This document shows, piece by piece, positions 34,741 through 45,964 of a DNA stretch of 64,000 nt. The stretch is from Calditrichia bacterium (GTDB lineage Bacteria > Calditrichota > Calditrichia > JAJRVZ01), in contig CAWCNS010000016.1 of the NCBI GenBank assembly GCA_963796965.1, forward strand, positions 305,513 to 369,512. The letters are read 5' to 3'. Below the pieces are notes generated by a model. That model was given only the letters and a program-made list of their open reading frames with translations, was not told the DNA's origin and did no database searches. Positions within the stretch are counted from its first letter, which is position 1, and each line of letters starts with the position of its first letter. Made by a program: the position numbers and the translations under genes.

Positions 34741-34907
34741 CAAGAGGCGGCACCATCCTCTGGGTTCTCCCCCTACCCAAATTTGGTGCTGCGGCAGAGA
34801 ATGACGATAACGCTCGGTTTTGAGGTTGTCCCCCGGCCTTCAAGCCAGCCAGTCATTCTCTGTTTTTTTTCTGGAACAAATGAGAATTTGAATCGTTTTT
34901 AAACTAT

Positions 34908-35260
34908 GGGGACGATCTGGCTTCGACGGGCAGGATGCGGTTACGGATGGCATTCCGGGATTATCGGATAGCCCGTGATTATCCGGTAGCACGACAAGTG
35001 CCGATTATGATTACGCAATGGCAGCCTAACTAGGTCTGTCACATCCTGAGGGACACTAATCTACCGGGGTTTTTCAGGATGCCATTTTGGGTAGATCGAT
35101 TCTTGAGGGTGTCAGGACCTTAAGAATTGTATTCTTCTGACTCGCAAAATTGTTGGTTGGTTATCATACCTGCAATGATGTTAAATCTAAATGATGACTA
35201 AGAATGTAGAGGTCTGTAATGGTGCCTGTTCGGACCCGGGTTCAATTCCCGGCGTCTCCA
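34908..35260 (+). ncRNA. ssrA: tmRNA, tag (A)ADYDYAMAA at 35000-35029
   Basis: 5' GGGGACG..TTCGAC; 3' GGACCCGGGTTCAATTCCCGGCGTCTCCA with G.U pair; internal ORF ending AMAA*. Confidence 0.95.
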
Positions 35261-35424
35261 CTAGTTCGGTAGAGAGTAGAGCGTAGAGCGTTAAGAGAAG
35301 AAGAGAGAAGAGGGAAGACAGAAGAGAATATGAGTTAAATATTCTCTCCTCGCTCTTCTCTCTTCCTTTTTTGTATTATACCTCACCCTCTACTCTTTAC
35401 GCTCAACTCTCAACGGTAAAAAAG

Positions 35425-35556
35425 ATGTCCACAACCCTTATGATCGCTATTCTCGCAATAGTAGTAGTTTACCTTCTCATCGCTTCAAAAAATCAACGAA
35501 AAAAATCAAACGAAGTTAAACGTCAGGGTGAAAGACCGTGCCTGGCGAAGGGATGA
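35425..35556 (+). CDS. Possible 43-aa single-TM peptide
   Basis: MSTTLMIAILAIVVVYLLIAS followed by a basic tail; no recognised family. Confidence 0.35.
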   Translation: MSTTLMIAILAIVVVYLLIASKNQRKKSNEVKRQGERPCLAKG

Positions 35557-35718
35557 CCGTGAAGCGTAGAGCGTGGAGAGTAGAGAGTGTAGGGGCAGAC
35601 CGCGTCGAAGACCCCGTTAACCGGGGCCCTGAATGACAAGTAAATATATTCGTGAAATTCTGTAAAAATTAGTGTAATTCGTGGTTAAAATCTTCCAAGA
35701 ATTCACACCTACCCAGTA

Positions 35719-35747
35719 TTGACATTGAATTGAAAAGTATCTAAATT
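35719..35747 (+). promoter_or_regulatory. Sigma70 promoter for tRNA Gly-Cys-Leu operon
   Basis: TTGACA-N17-TAAATT upstream of tRNA-Gly. Confidence 0.6.
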
Positions 35748-35782
35748 TAACGTCCAAATATAATAGTAATCTATATGAAGAA

Positions 35783-35856
35783 GCGAGAGTAGACTCAGCT
35801 GGTAGAGCATCACGTTGCCAACGTGATTGTCGCGGGTTCAAATCCCGTCTCTCGCT
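35783..35856 (+). tRNA. tRNA-Gly (GCC), one extra base in the D-stem
   Basis: GCGAGAG/CTCTCGC acceptor, TCACG-TT-GCC-AA-CGTGA anticodon arm, GTTCAAATC. Confidence 0.9.
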
Positions 35857-36060
35857 CTTTTTTTATTTGTGCAGACCACAAGTAAAAATTTTGGATTTCA
35901 GATTGCGGAATTTGGATTTAATTCCAAAATCCGAATCCGAAATCCAAAATTGAATGGCGACGTACTCCCGCAAGACTAGAGCGGCCAGTAGACTTAAGGT
36001 AATCGAGTTGTTTGACAATAAACCGAGAAATGGATCGGGAGCGAATATTTATATTATTAC

Positions 36061-36133
36061 GGCGACGTACCCAAGTGGCTAAGGGAGAGGTCTGCAAAAC
36101 CTTTATGCGGCGGTTCGAATCCGCCCGTCGCCT
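36061..36133 (+). tRNA. tRNA-Cys (GCA)
   Basis: GGCGACG/CGTCGCC acceptor, CT-GCA-AA loop, GTTCGAATC. Confidence 0.93.
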
Positions 36134-36233
36134 CCTCATAATAAGAAAAAAGACAAAAGAAATAAGAAAAAAGAATGTGACATGGATATTAAATTCATTT
36201 TTCATTAATCATTTTTCTATTGTCTTGATTCCC

Positions 36234-36319
36234 GCCGGGGTGGTGGAATTGGTAGACACAAGGGACTTAAAATCCCTCGGGAGTTAAATCCCGTACCGGT
36301 TCAAGTCCGGTCCCCGGTG
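36234..36319 (+). tRNA. tRNA-Leu (TAA), long variable arm
   Basis: GCCGGGG/CCCCGGT acceptor, AGGGA-CT-TAA-AA-TCCCT, GTTCAAGTC; 3' reads GATACCA instead of ACCA. Confidence 0.9.
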
Positions 36320-36326
36320 ATACCAC

Positions 36327-36353
36327 AAAATCCCGCTTATAGCGGGATTTTTT
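36327..36353 (+). terminator. Intrinsic terminator after tRNA-Leu
   Basis: AAAATCCCGC-TTATA-GCGGGATTTTTT. Confidence 0.8.
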
Positions 36354-36354
36354 A

Positions 36355-36532
36355 AATTCGAAACTCTAATCTCTAAATCCTAAATAATTTTCAAATCCCA
36401 AGCACCAAACCCCAAATAAATCTCAATCTTCAATAACTAATTTCCAAACAATTTGAACAATGGAAATTGGTATCTAATCGGATATTGGTATTTGGGTATT
36501 ATTTGAAATTTGGTACATGTTATTTGGAATTT
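36355..36532. repeat. Inverted heptamer arrays (empty MITE-like shell)
   Basis: (AAATYYC)n-like arm followed by a (TTGGWAT)n-like arm. Confidence 0.6.
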
Positions 36533-36540
36533 ATCCTCCA

Positions 36541-37670
36541 CGGGATTAATTAACTATTTCCATCAAAAAAGTCGGTGATTATAAATGTAGATAATAGTTC
36601 ACCCGATGGTACGAAGGATATGTTGATGAACACACCAACGAAAGTTCCAAAGATATATATTTCTACAGCACCAGGTGTTAAAGGAAAAGGAAATAATTTT
36701 AAAAACCTATTTGAAGCGGCTGTTGAACTTAATGCAAAAGCCGTTGTTGTTGTCGATGCAGATTTAAAAAGTATTACCACCGGATGGATAAAATATCTGG
36801 CCGAACCTTTATTGGGCCGTTTTGACTATGTGGCTCCCATCTATGCCAGACATAAATATGATGGTTCCATCACAAATCATATCGCTTATCCGATGCTAAG
36901 AGCATTTTATGGTTTAAGAGTAAGACAACCTATTGGTGGTGATTTCGGATTTTCAGGAAATTAGCGCGTGTTTTTCTAACAGAGAAACTCTGGAATGATA
37001 AAATAGCTCACTTTGGAATTGATATATGGATGACGACCATTGCCATCGCCAGAAGATTTAATGTTTGTCAGGCCTTTTCAGGTACACCTAAAATTCACAA
37101 TCCGAAAGATCCTGCGAAAGATTTAGGACCAATGTTTACGAAGGTTGTTATCACTACTTTTGATTTGATGATCGAATTTGAATACCTATGGAAAGATACT
37201 TCAGGTATCCAGCCAAGCAATATATATGGTTTTGGTCTTGGCGTTACTGGAAGCCCGCGGTTTTAACAGTTAATAAAGATGCTCTTTTTGACAGCTTATT
37301 TCAAGTTTGGAGCCGTTATGGAAATTTGTGGAAAAAAATCATATCACAACCAGAATTGATTGAATTGGGTAAGATTGAGAAAATTGTCAAAACAAAAATT
37401 CTATTATCACAGCGATCTTTTGGGCAGAATTCTGTTTGATTTTGCGATCGCATATCGGAACAATGAAATACCTAAGGAAAAAATTATTGAAACTCTGATA
37501 CCATTCTAACATTCCAAATTCTCTCTTTTGTAAATAAAACCGGTGAATTAGATACAAAAGAATGTGAAGATTATTTAGAGAGTATGACCGGGTATTTGAA
37601 TCTAAAAATGCTCCTTTAATAGAGAGATGGGATCAGGATCAAATTAAATTGGGTCATAAACTTTTTAAAA
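36541..37670 (+). pseudogene. Glucosylglycerate/mannosylglycerate-synthase-like glycosyltransferase, 5'-truncated with several frameshifts
   Basis: DNSSPDGT, GKG, VDADL, YARHKYDGSITN, RQPIGGDFG, FGIDIWMTT, PKIH.PKDP; no N-terminal GIPSYN strand seen. Confidence 0.7.
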
Positions 37671-38561
37671 GAAAGATTTAGCATTGCTTTTAATTTCTGC
37701 ATATTTATCAGGTTCATTGTCGTTCTCAATTGTCTCTTTATTCTTTTCCTTATCTTTTTTATCGATTACAACAATACAGTCTGTTGGGCATTTATCTGTA
37801 GGTACCATTGTCTCCGTTCCATATAATTGATAGTTAATTTGAGCCAAATTATCTACTATGTTGATTTGGCCTTCATCAACAGCACGAACACAGATTCCAC
37901 AAGCAATACAGGCTTTGGTGCATACTTTCCTGGCAATCTTTGGATTATCTTTATTTTTACATAATATGAAAAGTTTATGATTCTCAGGATGCAGTTCAAT
38001 GACGCTACGTGGGCAGGCTTCAACACATTTACCACAACCAGTGCATTTGTCCTCTATTACAACCGGTAGCCCGTTATTATTCATGTACATCGCATCAAAG
38101 GGGCAGGCATCAACACAATCACCATAACCGATACAACCGAATTCGCAGAGTTTTTCTCCCCCACCGACAATTGAAGCAGCAAGACATGAATGAATTCCTA
38201 TGTATTCTGCTTTTTTCGCTGTTTCAACCATACCACCTTGACACATGACTCTGGCGATCATTCGCTCTCTTTTTTCACTTCTACTCCCATAATTTCAGCG
38301 ATTTCTTGAAGTGCCTCAGCAGAACAGACAGAGCAAATATCTATTTCAGCGTTCCCATTCACCACATTTTCTGCAAAACTCGTGCATCCTGGGAATGCCA
38401 CATGCACCACAATTTGCTCCTGGAAGTAGTTCACTAATCCGGCTGATACGAGGATCTTCCTCCACATGAAATATTTTATTTGCAATTGCAAGACCAATAG
38501 AGAAGATAAGGCCAAGTCCTCCCATGGCAAGTAGGGCTATAGAAATTGTGCTAATATCCAT
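37665..38561 (-). CDS. rnfB: RnfB-type polyferredoxin (two frameshifts)
   Basis: N-terminal TM, FHVEEDPR..LPGANCGACG, GCIGYGDCVDACPF, CTGCGKCVEACP, ACIACGIC. Confidence 0.88.
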
Positions 38562-38765
38562 GATGCTATTTCCACTTTATATGTTATCCTTAGCATTATT
38601 AGATTTTTAGTTGAAGAGTAAATTATTTTATCATAATTTATACCCAGAATTTTATGCCAACTATAAGTTATTCAAAAATTCATATAATTTTAAGAATATA
38701 TAATAACATCTATATAGCAATACTATTTCATCGCGCTTCAATAATGCAACTGTTGCATATAATTT

Positions 38766-38885
38766 GTTGCAATATTGCAAGTTCGGGACTATAGACTTAT
38801 CCATTTCATACTTTTTTTACCGTGCTTATATACGGTGAAATAAGCAAGTTAATCATCTTCATGTAATTTTGGCTTACTAATTGCA
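38766..38885 (+). promoter_or_regulatory. Sigma54 promoter with upstream palindromic activator site and IHF-like site
   Basis: GTTGCAATATTGCAA at 38766; AATAAGCAAGTTA ending 38851; TGGC-N7-TTGCA at 38870-85. Confidence 0.75.
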
Positions 38886-38896
38886 TTTCTTCCATT

Positions 38897-39223
38897 ATGA
38901 AAACTATTGCGATTCCAATATTTAAATCAAGGGTTTCTGTCAGATTAGATTGTGCTGAAGATATACATCTGGTGACTATTGAAAAAGATAAGATAAAAAC
39001 CAGAGATGCTGTGCGTCTGGTTTCGACGAATCCGCTGGAAAAAGTGAAAGTTCTCATTCAATTAAATCCAGATGTATTGATTTGTGGTGGGCTGACAGAA
39101 TATTGTAGTATCAGGCTTAAGGAGATAAATATTCAGATAATCCCTTGGGTTCAAGGAGATATAGAAGAGATTTTATCTCTGTATTTAAAAGGAGAGTTGA
39201 AAAAAAAACATTTAAACACATGA
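38897..39223 (+). CDS. NifB/NifX-like (FeMo-cofactor-binding fold) small protein
   Basis: IAIPIFKSRVSVRLDCA, DVLICGG, IIPWVQGDIEE. Confidence 0.8.
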   Translation: MKTIAIPIFKSRVSVRLDCAEDIHLVTIEKDKIKTRDAVRLVSTNPLEKVKVLIQLNPDVLICGGLTEYCSIRLKEINIQIIPWVQGDIEEILSLYLKGELKKKHLNT

Positions 39224-39233
39224 GATATATTCT

Positions 39234-40253
39234 ATGATAAATATTTTTAACCATTCCCTGATGATAACAGGATTTGTATTTGTGATGATGCTGGTAATCG
39301 AGTATGTCAACGTACTCAGCAACGGAGAATGGCAACAAAGGCTGGCTCAGCATAAATGGGGACAATACATTCTAGCTGCACTTACTAGGCGCCGTTCCAG
39401 GTTGTTTAGGTGCATTTATAGTGGTGGCGATGTATTCACATAGGATATTAACAGTCGGTGCTGTTGTTGCGGCGATGATTGCCACTTGTGGAGACGAGTC
39501 ATTTGTTATGCTGGCCATGATTCCAAAAGAAGCTATATATATTCATGCACTACTTTTTGTTTTGGGAATTATTGCCGGGGCATTGACGGATATGATTTTT
39601 CGAGAGAAAGTTTCGCTACATCCATCAGGCTGTGATGACTTAAAGGTACATATTGATGAAAATTGTAATTGTTTTCCCAGTGGCCAAATAATACAGCAAT
39701 GGAAGGAATATTCCGCTTTCAGGATTATCTTAACGGTAGGATTATTGGTATTCATTCTTGCAATTATTACCGGACAGATGGGTCCAAGCACCTGGAACTG
39801 GATAAGGATTACGATTCTGTTTGTCTCCGCAATTTCACTTTTCATTGTCGTTACTGTCCCTGAGCATTTTCTTGAAGAACATCTATGGGAACATGTGGCA
39901 AAGAAACATATTCCCCGTGTTTTTCTATGGACATTCGGTGCACTTATTTTAATGCATGTATTGGTTGATTATCTACATTTGGAAGGTATGATTCGTGAAG
40001 GCAAATGGATCGTCCTTTTTGTAGCCTGTCTTGTCGGCTTAATCCCCGAATCCGGACCTCACTTGATTTTTGTAACTCTCTACGCGCAAGGAACCATTCC
40101 CTTCAGCATTTTACTGGCCAGTTCCATTGTGCAGGATGGACATGGAATGTTACCCATGTTAGCCCAGTCGAGAAGATCATTCATATTCATTAAGTAATTA
40201 ATCTAGTTGTAGGTTTAGTCGTTGGTATTATGTTCATGAAGTTGGGAGGCTAA
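39234..40253 (+). CDS. Putative manganese/metal transporter, DUF2899-like (two frameshifts)
   Basis: MMLVIEY, LGAVPGCLG, ATCGDE, FLEEHLWEHV, GLIPESGPHL, QDGHG. Confidence 0.8.
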
Positions 40254-40308
40254 TGAAGGTGATAGACTACTTTCATGATGATGAGTAACATGAAAGGAGG
40301 TAATTAAA

Positions 40309-40677
40309 ATGAAATGGAAAGGCTGGATAAATGTCGTATTGGGGCTGTGGTTATTCACTTCAGTGTTTCTTGGCTTGGGCTCAGCTATCTGTACCTTGAA
40401 TAATATCAGTATTGGCATTATTGTTCTAATGGTAAATTTTAGCATTGTTCATAATAAATTCTGGTTTGTATGGATCACGAATATCATTGCTTTATGGCTG
40501 ATCTTTTCTGCTTTTAACCCGGATTTGGTGCGCGGGATAGGTCTTTACTTTAATAATATTTTTGTCGGTATGATTTTCCTTATCACAGGATTTGTCATCC
40601 TGGCACATGCTGATAGGTTAATTCAACATTCCAGATTAAATAAATATTACAACTACCTTAATTATGGTAAAGAATAA
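40309..40677 (+). CDS. Small 4-TM protein, SPW-repeat-like
   Basis: Two W(I/L)N..(G/A)LWL..S repeats; AGGAGG RBS. Confidence 0.65.
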   Translation: MKWKGWINVVLGLWLFTSVFLGLGSAICTLNNISIGIIVLMVNFSIVHNKFWFVWITNIIALWLIFSAFNPDLVRGIGLYFNNIFVGMIFLITGFVILAHADRLIQHSRLNKYYNYLNYGKE

Positions 40678-40721
40678 AGTGAGGCTGCCGGGAAAAATAT
40701 CTTCTTGAAGGAATAAAAAAT

Positions 40722-41693
40722 ATGAAAGAATTATCATTTGCTATTTCGAAAAGGCCTGAAACGACTGAATTAGAAAAAGACTATGATCTCATTGTCCTTG
40801 GTGGTGGACCTGCTGGTTTAACCGCTGCCATTTACGCAGCACGGGCACAAATGAAAATATTATTGCTTGAGAAGGAAGCCATTGGCGGTGAGGCAGCCAG
40901 TACTGATTTAATTGAGAACTATCCCGGATTTCCCGAAGGGGTCAGCGGATTCGAGCTGGCAGATCGTATGCGCCGGCAGGCGGAGCGGTTTGGAACTCAA
41001 ATCTATTATGCACCTCCAGGCGAAATAAATTTAAAAAGTCAGCCTAAAACCATCACTTTGGAAGGGAAAACACTTAATACAAAAACAGTTATTATCGCTT
41101 CCGGCACCTCACCAAAGACCTTAAATATTCCCGGGGAAGCAAAGTTTAAAGGACATGGTGTTTCATATTGCGCAACCTGTGATGGTCCCATTTTTTCTGG
41201 CAAAGATATCGCCATTATCGGAGCCGGTAATTCTGGTTTGCAGGAAGGGCTGTTTATTTTGAAATTCGTAAAATCACTGGCCATGGTGGAATATTTGCCT
41301 ACCATTCAAGCGGAGAAAATTCTTGAAGAGCGCATACGTGCACATGAAAATGTTAATTGGCTGCTCAATCATCAAATCACTTCCATAAATGGTGAAAAAT
41401 GGGTTAACTCTATTACCGTGAAAGATCGAGAAACTGAAAAAGACAAAGAAATTCCTGTGGAAGGTGTGTTTATATATATAGGTCTAAATCCCAACACTGA
41501 ATATATTGATGGACAGGTGGCCTTAGACAAGTGGGGATATATTATCACTGATCAGAAGATGCAAACTTCTTTACCCGGAGTATTTGCTGCCGGTGATATT
41601 CGTGAAACTGAAATACGTCAGGTAGCTACCGCTATCGGTGATGGCGCCGTGGCCGCAAACTCGGTACAACATTTTATTGAAAGATATTTTTGA
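40722..41693 (+). CDS. trxB: Thioredoxin reductase
   Basis: GGGPAGLTAA, IENYPGF, GVSYCATCDG, GVFAAGD. Confidence 0.95.
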   Translation: MKELSFAISKRPETTELEKDYDLIVLGGGPAGLTAAIYAARAQMKILLLEKEAIGGEAASTDLIENYPGFPEGVSGFELADRMRRQAERFGTQIYYAPPGEINLKSQPKTITLEGKTLNTKTVIIASGTSPKTLNIPGEAKFKGHGVSYCATCDGPIFSGKDIAIIGAGNSGLQEGLFILKFVKSLAMVEYLPTIQAEKILEERIRAHENVNWLLNHQITSINGEKWVNSITVKDRETEKDKEIPVEGVFIYIGLNPNTEYIDGQVALDKWGYIITDQKMQTSLPGVFAAGDIRETEIRQVATAIGDGAVAANSVQHFIERYF

Positions 41694-41781
41694 GATCACT
41701 GATGATACGAAAAAAAATCTCTATCGAGGATCTTGTAATGAAGTTACCTGAGTCAATAAGTTAATTAAAGGAGGAATTAAT

Positions 41782-42431
41782 ATGGCTTTTATTCAGGAAA
41801 ATGATCGGATTGAGATTCAAAATAAATTCGCTACAATGCAGCAACCGGTAAAAATCATAAATTTTACTCAGGAAATAGAATGCACTTATTGTAGGGAGAC
41901 TCGTCAGTTAATGGAGGAAGTTGCCGCTCTGTCAGATAAAATAAGCCTTGAGGTCTACAATTTCATTATTGACAAAGAACAAGCCAACAAATATCAGATT
42001 GACAAAATACCGGCTACAATAATTATGGGGGAAATGGATTATGGCATTCGATTTTATGGTATTCCCTCCGGGTATGAGTTTAGCACTTTGCTTGAAGATA
42101 TTGTTATGGTATCTAAAAAAGACTCCGGGCTGGCTGATGATTCCAAGAAAATACTTTCAGAGATTCCTAAGCCCTTGAATTTACAGATCTTTGTTACGCC
42201 GACCTGTCCATATTGTCCTGCAGCGGTATATTTGGCGCATCAGCTTGCTTTTGAGAGCGACCTGATTCGTGGAGAAATGATCGAGGCGACTGAATTTCCC
42301 CATTTATCACATCAAGTATAATGTCGGGAGCGGTACCGAAAGTGGTAATAAATGATACTGTCGAATTTGAAGGTGCCCTTCCTGAAAAGCAATATTTAGA
42401 TAAGGTAATAGAAGCCACGAATAAGATATAA
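41782..42431 (+). CDS. Protein disulfide oxidoreductase (two Trx folds), frameshifts near 42315-42328
   Basis: CTYC and CPYC, GIPSGYEF, restored VPK..FEGA. Confidence 0.9.
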
Positions 42432-42596
42432 ACAATGGATTTGATTCGGTGAATAAAGTTATTAAGCGAATCAAATTTATTTTACAGCGAGTATTTTTAA
42501 TCTACAAATAAATTGTGAATTGGTGAAAAGGATAATTTAGATCAAATAGTGAGTTTTAACATTAGTAGATAAAGTTGCATGGGTGAAATTAATCTG

Positions 42597-44357
42597 ATGG
42601 AAACAAAATATTTTAAAAATAAGGAAGACTTAACTATTGCCATTATAGGCAGTGGTGGTGAGGGGTCATCTCTGCTGGTGAAATTTTACTTCGCGCCGGT
42701 TCTCAAAATGGTTTATATGGAATGATGTTAAAGAGCTATGGACCGCAAATTCGTGGTGGTGAAACTATGGCCCAAATTCGAATGAAAAATTCACTGGTTT
42801 TATCACAAGGTGATCTAATCGATGCGTTAATTATTCTAAATTGGGATCATTACTATCGCTTTGAGGAGGAGATATCTCTAGATGACAGGACAGTAATCTT
42901 TCATGATAACATTGAAATGCTTCCCCCAGACTTGTCATTTCCCCAAAAGATTCAATTTTTAGGGGTGCCGTTTACTGAAATTGCAAAAAAAACGTCAGGT
43001 ACATCGAAATCCAAAAATCTTGTCGCACTTGGTTTTCTATCAGGTTGGTTTGGGTTGGGAAAAAAGGTTTTGAACGCGAGATTCAGCGACAATTTACCGG
43101 AAAAAACAAGGACATAATTTATGGTAACTTAAAATCTTTCAAAAAAGGGCTAGAATTGGCTGAAAGCAACAAAGCCGCAACACCTTTTGATTGGTCAAGT
43201 AAGAACCACAATCCAAAAATGATTTTAACCGGCAATGAGGCGATATCTTTAGGGTCTTTATTTCGCTGGGGTGCAATTCTATGCTGGTTATCCTATTACG
43301 CCTGCCAGTGAAATTATGGAGTGGATGGCAAATGAGCTGCCAAAGTTTGAAGATATTTTCATACAGACAGAAGATGAAATTACGGCAATTACAATGGCCA
43401 TCGGAGCTTCATTTGCCGGAGCTAAATCAATGACTGCCACCTCTGGTCCAGGACTGTCTCTTATGACAGAAGCCATTGGTCTGGCTGCTATGGCAGAATT
43501 ACCTGTTGTTATTGTGGATGTACAACGAGTAGGACCGAGTACCGGAATTCCAACAAAAACAACCCAGGCAGACCTCTTTCATGCTGTTTTTGGCGGTCAC
43601 GGCGATTATCCGCGCGTAGTTTTAGCCCCCGTAAACGTAGCCGATGCGATTACTATTGCTGTACATGCCTTTTATCTATCGGAAAAATATCAATTACCTG
43701 TGATTATACTAAGTGACCAATTTATAGGCCAACGTCTTGAGATTATTCCCCAGGTTGATTTTAAAGCAATGCAATCAATGGTTATAAATCGATCTCTTCC
43801 TTCAATCGAAGAATTACATAACTATAGCAGGTATAAAATGACTCCAAACGGTGTTTCACCGCTATCGAAACCAGGAATTAAAAACGGTATGTATACTGCA
43901 TATGGCATTGAACACGATGAATTGAGTTTGCCAACATCTTCCTCTAATATCCAGAAACGGATGAACAGGAAACGTTTGAAGAAAAATCAGACAATTTTGC
44001 AGCAGGAATCCGACATATTACTTCGTCTCGGTAATATGAATCCCAGGATTGGTATCCTTAGCCTGGGGATCTACCACAGGTGCTATTCAAGAAGCTGATT
44101 TCTTCACTCCTGGAAGATGATTATAACATCGGTACTATCGTACCACGCCAATTGAAACCATTACCTACCAATCAAATTCAGTCATGGGTGAACCACTTAG
44201 AAGAATTGATTATTTTTGAGTTATCCGAGGGACAATTTTATACCTATTTAAAGAGTGAAATAATATTGCCCAGAAAAACAGGTCTATTTGCTCGTCCGGG
44301 AGTGAACCCATTTACAGTGAATGAAATAATAAAGGCAATTATAGAAAGTAAATTAAA
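42597..44357 (+). CDS. 2-oxoacid:ferredoxin oxidoreductase alpha (gamma-alpha fused), several frameshifts, end approximate
   Basis: GSGGEG, SYGPQIRGG, TGNEA, YPITPAS, EDE, ATSGPG, QRVGPSTGIPT. Confidence 0.88.
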
Positions 44358-45213
44358 ATGGAAATCTATTCAACAAAAGATTACAAAGCAATTTAAAACC
44401 GGTATGGTGCCCTGGTTGTGGTGATTATGCAATTTTAAATTCACTGTACCAGGCATTAGCCAAATTCAGCTACCACCAGAGGAGATTGCAATCATATCCG
44501 GAATTGGATGTTCCAGCCGTTTGCCGGGATATGTAAAAACTTACGGATTTAATAGCATTCATGGTCGGGCATTACCTGTGGCTCAAGGTGTAAAATTAGC
44601 CCATCCGCAAACAACTGTAATTGCGGTTGCCGGTGACGGTGACGCTTTTAGCATTGGTGGTGATCATTTACCACATACTGCCCGGCGCAATATTGATCTA
44701 ACTTATATCATAATGGACAATGGCATTTACGGAATGACCAAAGGGCAAAGCTCTCCTACAACTGAAGAAAGCCAAAAGACAAAAACCACCCCCTATGGGA
44801 TTATGGAGGAACAAATTAATCCTATTAAAATAGCATTGAGTTATGGAGTTTCTTTTATAGCTCGCGGATTTTCGGGAAATGTTAAGCAGATCGTTGATCT
44901 TATTATTCAAGGGATAAATCATCCGGGATTTTCGTTCATCCAAATATTAAGCCCATGTGTAACATTTATGGGGAAAGAACAATACGATATAATTCGCTCT
45001 CTGTCCAATGATCTTGGACAAGATTATGATGAAACCTCAGTTGAGGATGCATGGAATATTAGTAATGAAGTAGATATGATTTCCATGGGAGTGATCTACC
45101 GGGTAAAAAAACCCATTTATTGTGAGCGGTTGCATAATGTAGAAAAAATGGCTAGGACACCGGGAAATATTAATTTTGATTCTCTTTTGAAGCGATATTT
45201 GGTTGCCTCATGA
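44358..45213 (+). CDS. 2-oxoacid:ferredoxin oxidoreductase beta (frameshifts near the 5' end)
   Basis: WCPGCGD, SGIGCSSR, HGRA, GDGD..N, YGMTKGQ.SPT, SPCVTF. Confidence 0.9.
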
Positions 45214-45263
45214 ATAGATTTTAATTAGTCAGGGGTAAAAGTAAATATAAAGAAAGATATAAT

Positions 45264-45899
45264 ATGCCTAAAACAAAGCCTTTTGATAAATATTGGAAAG
45301 AATATGAGGGGTGGTTCGCTGAACATCATCATGTCTATCTAACCGAAGTTGACGCAATTCATCATTTTATTCCCAGGGATAGAAAAGGAATAGAAATTGG
45401 AATAGGAACGGGTAGATTTGCTATGCCATTTGGTATTAAAGAAGGCATAGAACCGTCCCACGCAATGAAAAAGTTTGCAGAACGAAAAGGTTTAAAAGTT
45501 TACGATGGTGTGGCTGAAGAGTTACCGCTTTCAGACCACTCCTATGATTTTGCATTGATGGTAACCACTATTTGTTTTGTTGATGATATGCTAAAATCCT
45601 TCCTGGAAGTTAATAGAATTCTAAAAAGGGAAGGAATCTTTATTATTGGGTTGGTAGATAAAAATAGCCCATTGGGTAAAGAATACGAGAAGATAAAAGA
45701 CCAGAATAAATTTTACAGAGAAGCTTTGTTTTATTCAACGGACGAAGTCCTTGATTACTTGAGAAAGGCACGATTTAAAATAGTTAAAATCATCCAGACT
45801 GTTTTTGGCACATTGAATACGGTTTCAGAGATTCAGCCATTTATAGAGGGGTATGGCGAGGGTGGTTTCGTGATAATTAAGGCAAAAAAACTTGTTTAA
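45264..45899 (+). CDS. Class I SAM-dependent methyltransferase
   Basis: EIGIGTGRF, GIEPS, GVAEELP, TTICFVDD. Confidence 0.9.
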   Translation: MPKTKPFDKYWKEYEGWFAEHHHVYLTEVDAIHHFIPRDRKGIEIGIGTGRFAMPFGIKEGIEPSHAMKKFAERKGLKVYDGVAEELPLSDHSYDFALMVTTICFVDDMLKSFLEVNRILKREGIFIIGLVDKNSPLGKEYEKIKDQNKFYREALFYSTDEVLDYLRKARFKIVKIIQTVFGTLNTVSEIQPFIEGYGEGGFVIIKAKKLV

Positions 45900-45964
45900 A
45901 ATAAAAATGTTATATGTACAATGCTACTATTTTAAACTTAGAGTAAGAGTGAAAGGAGTGCATC

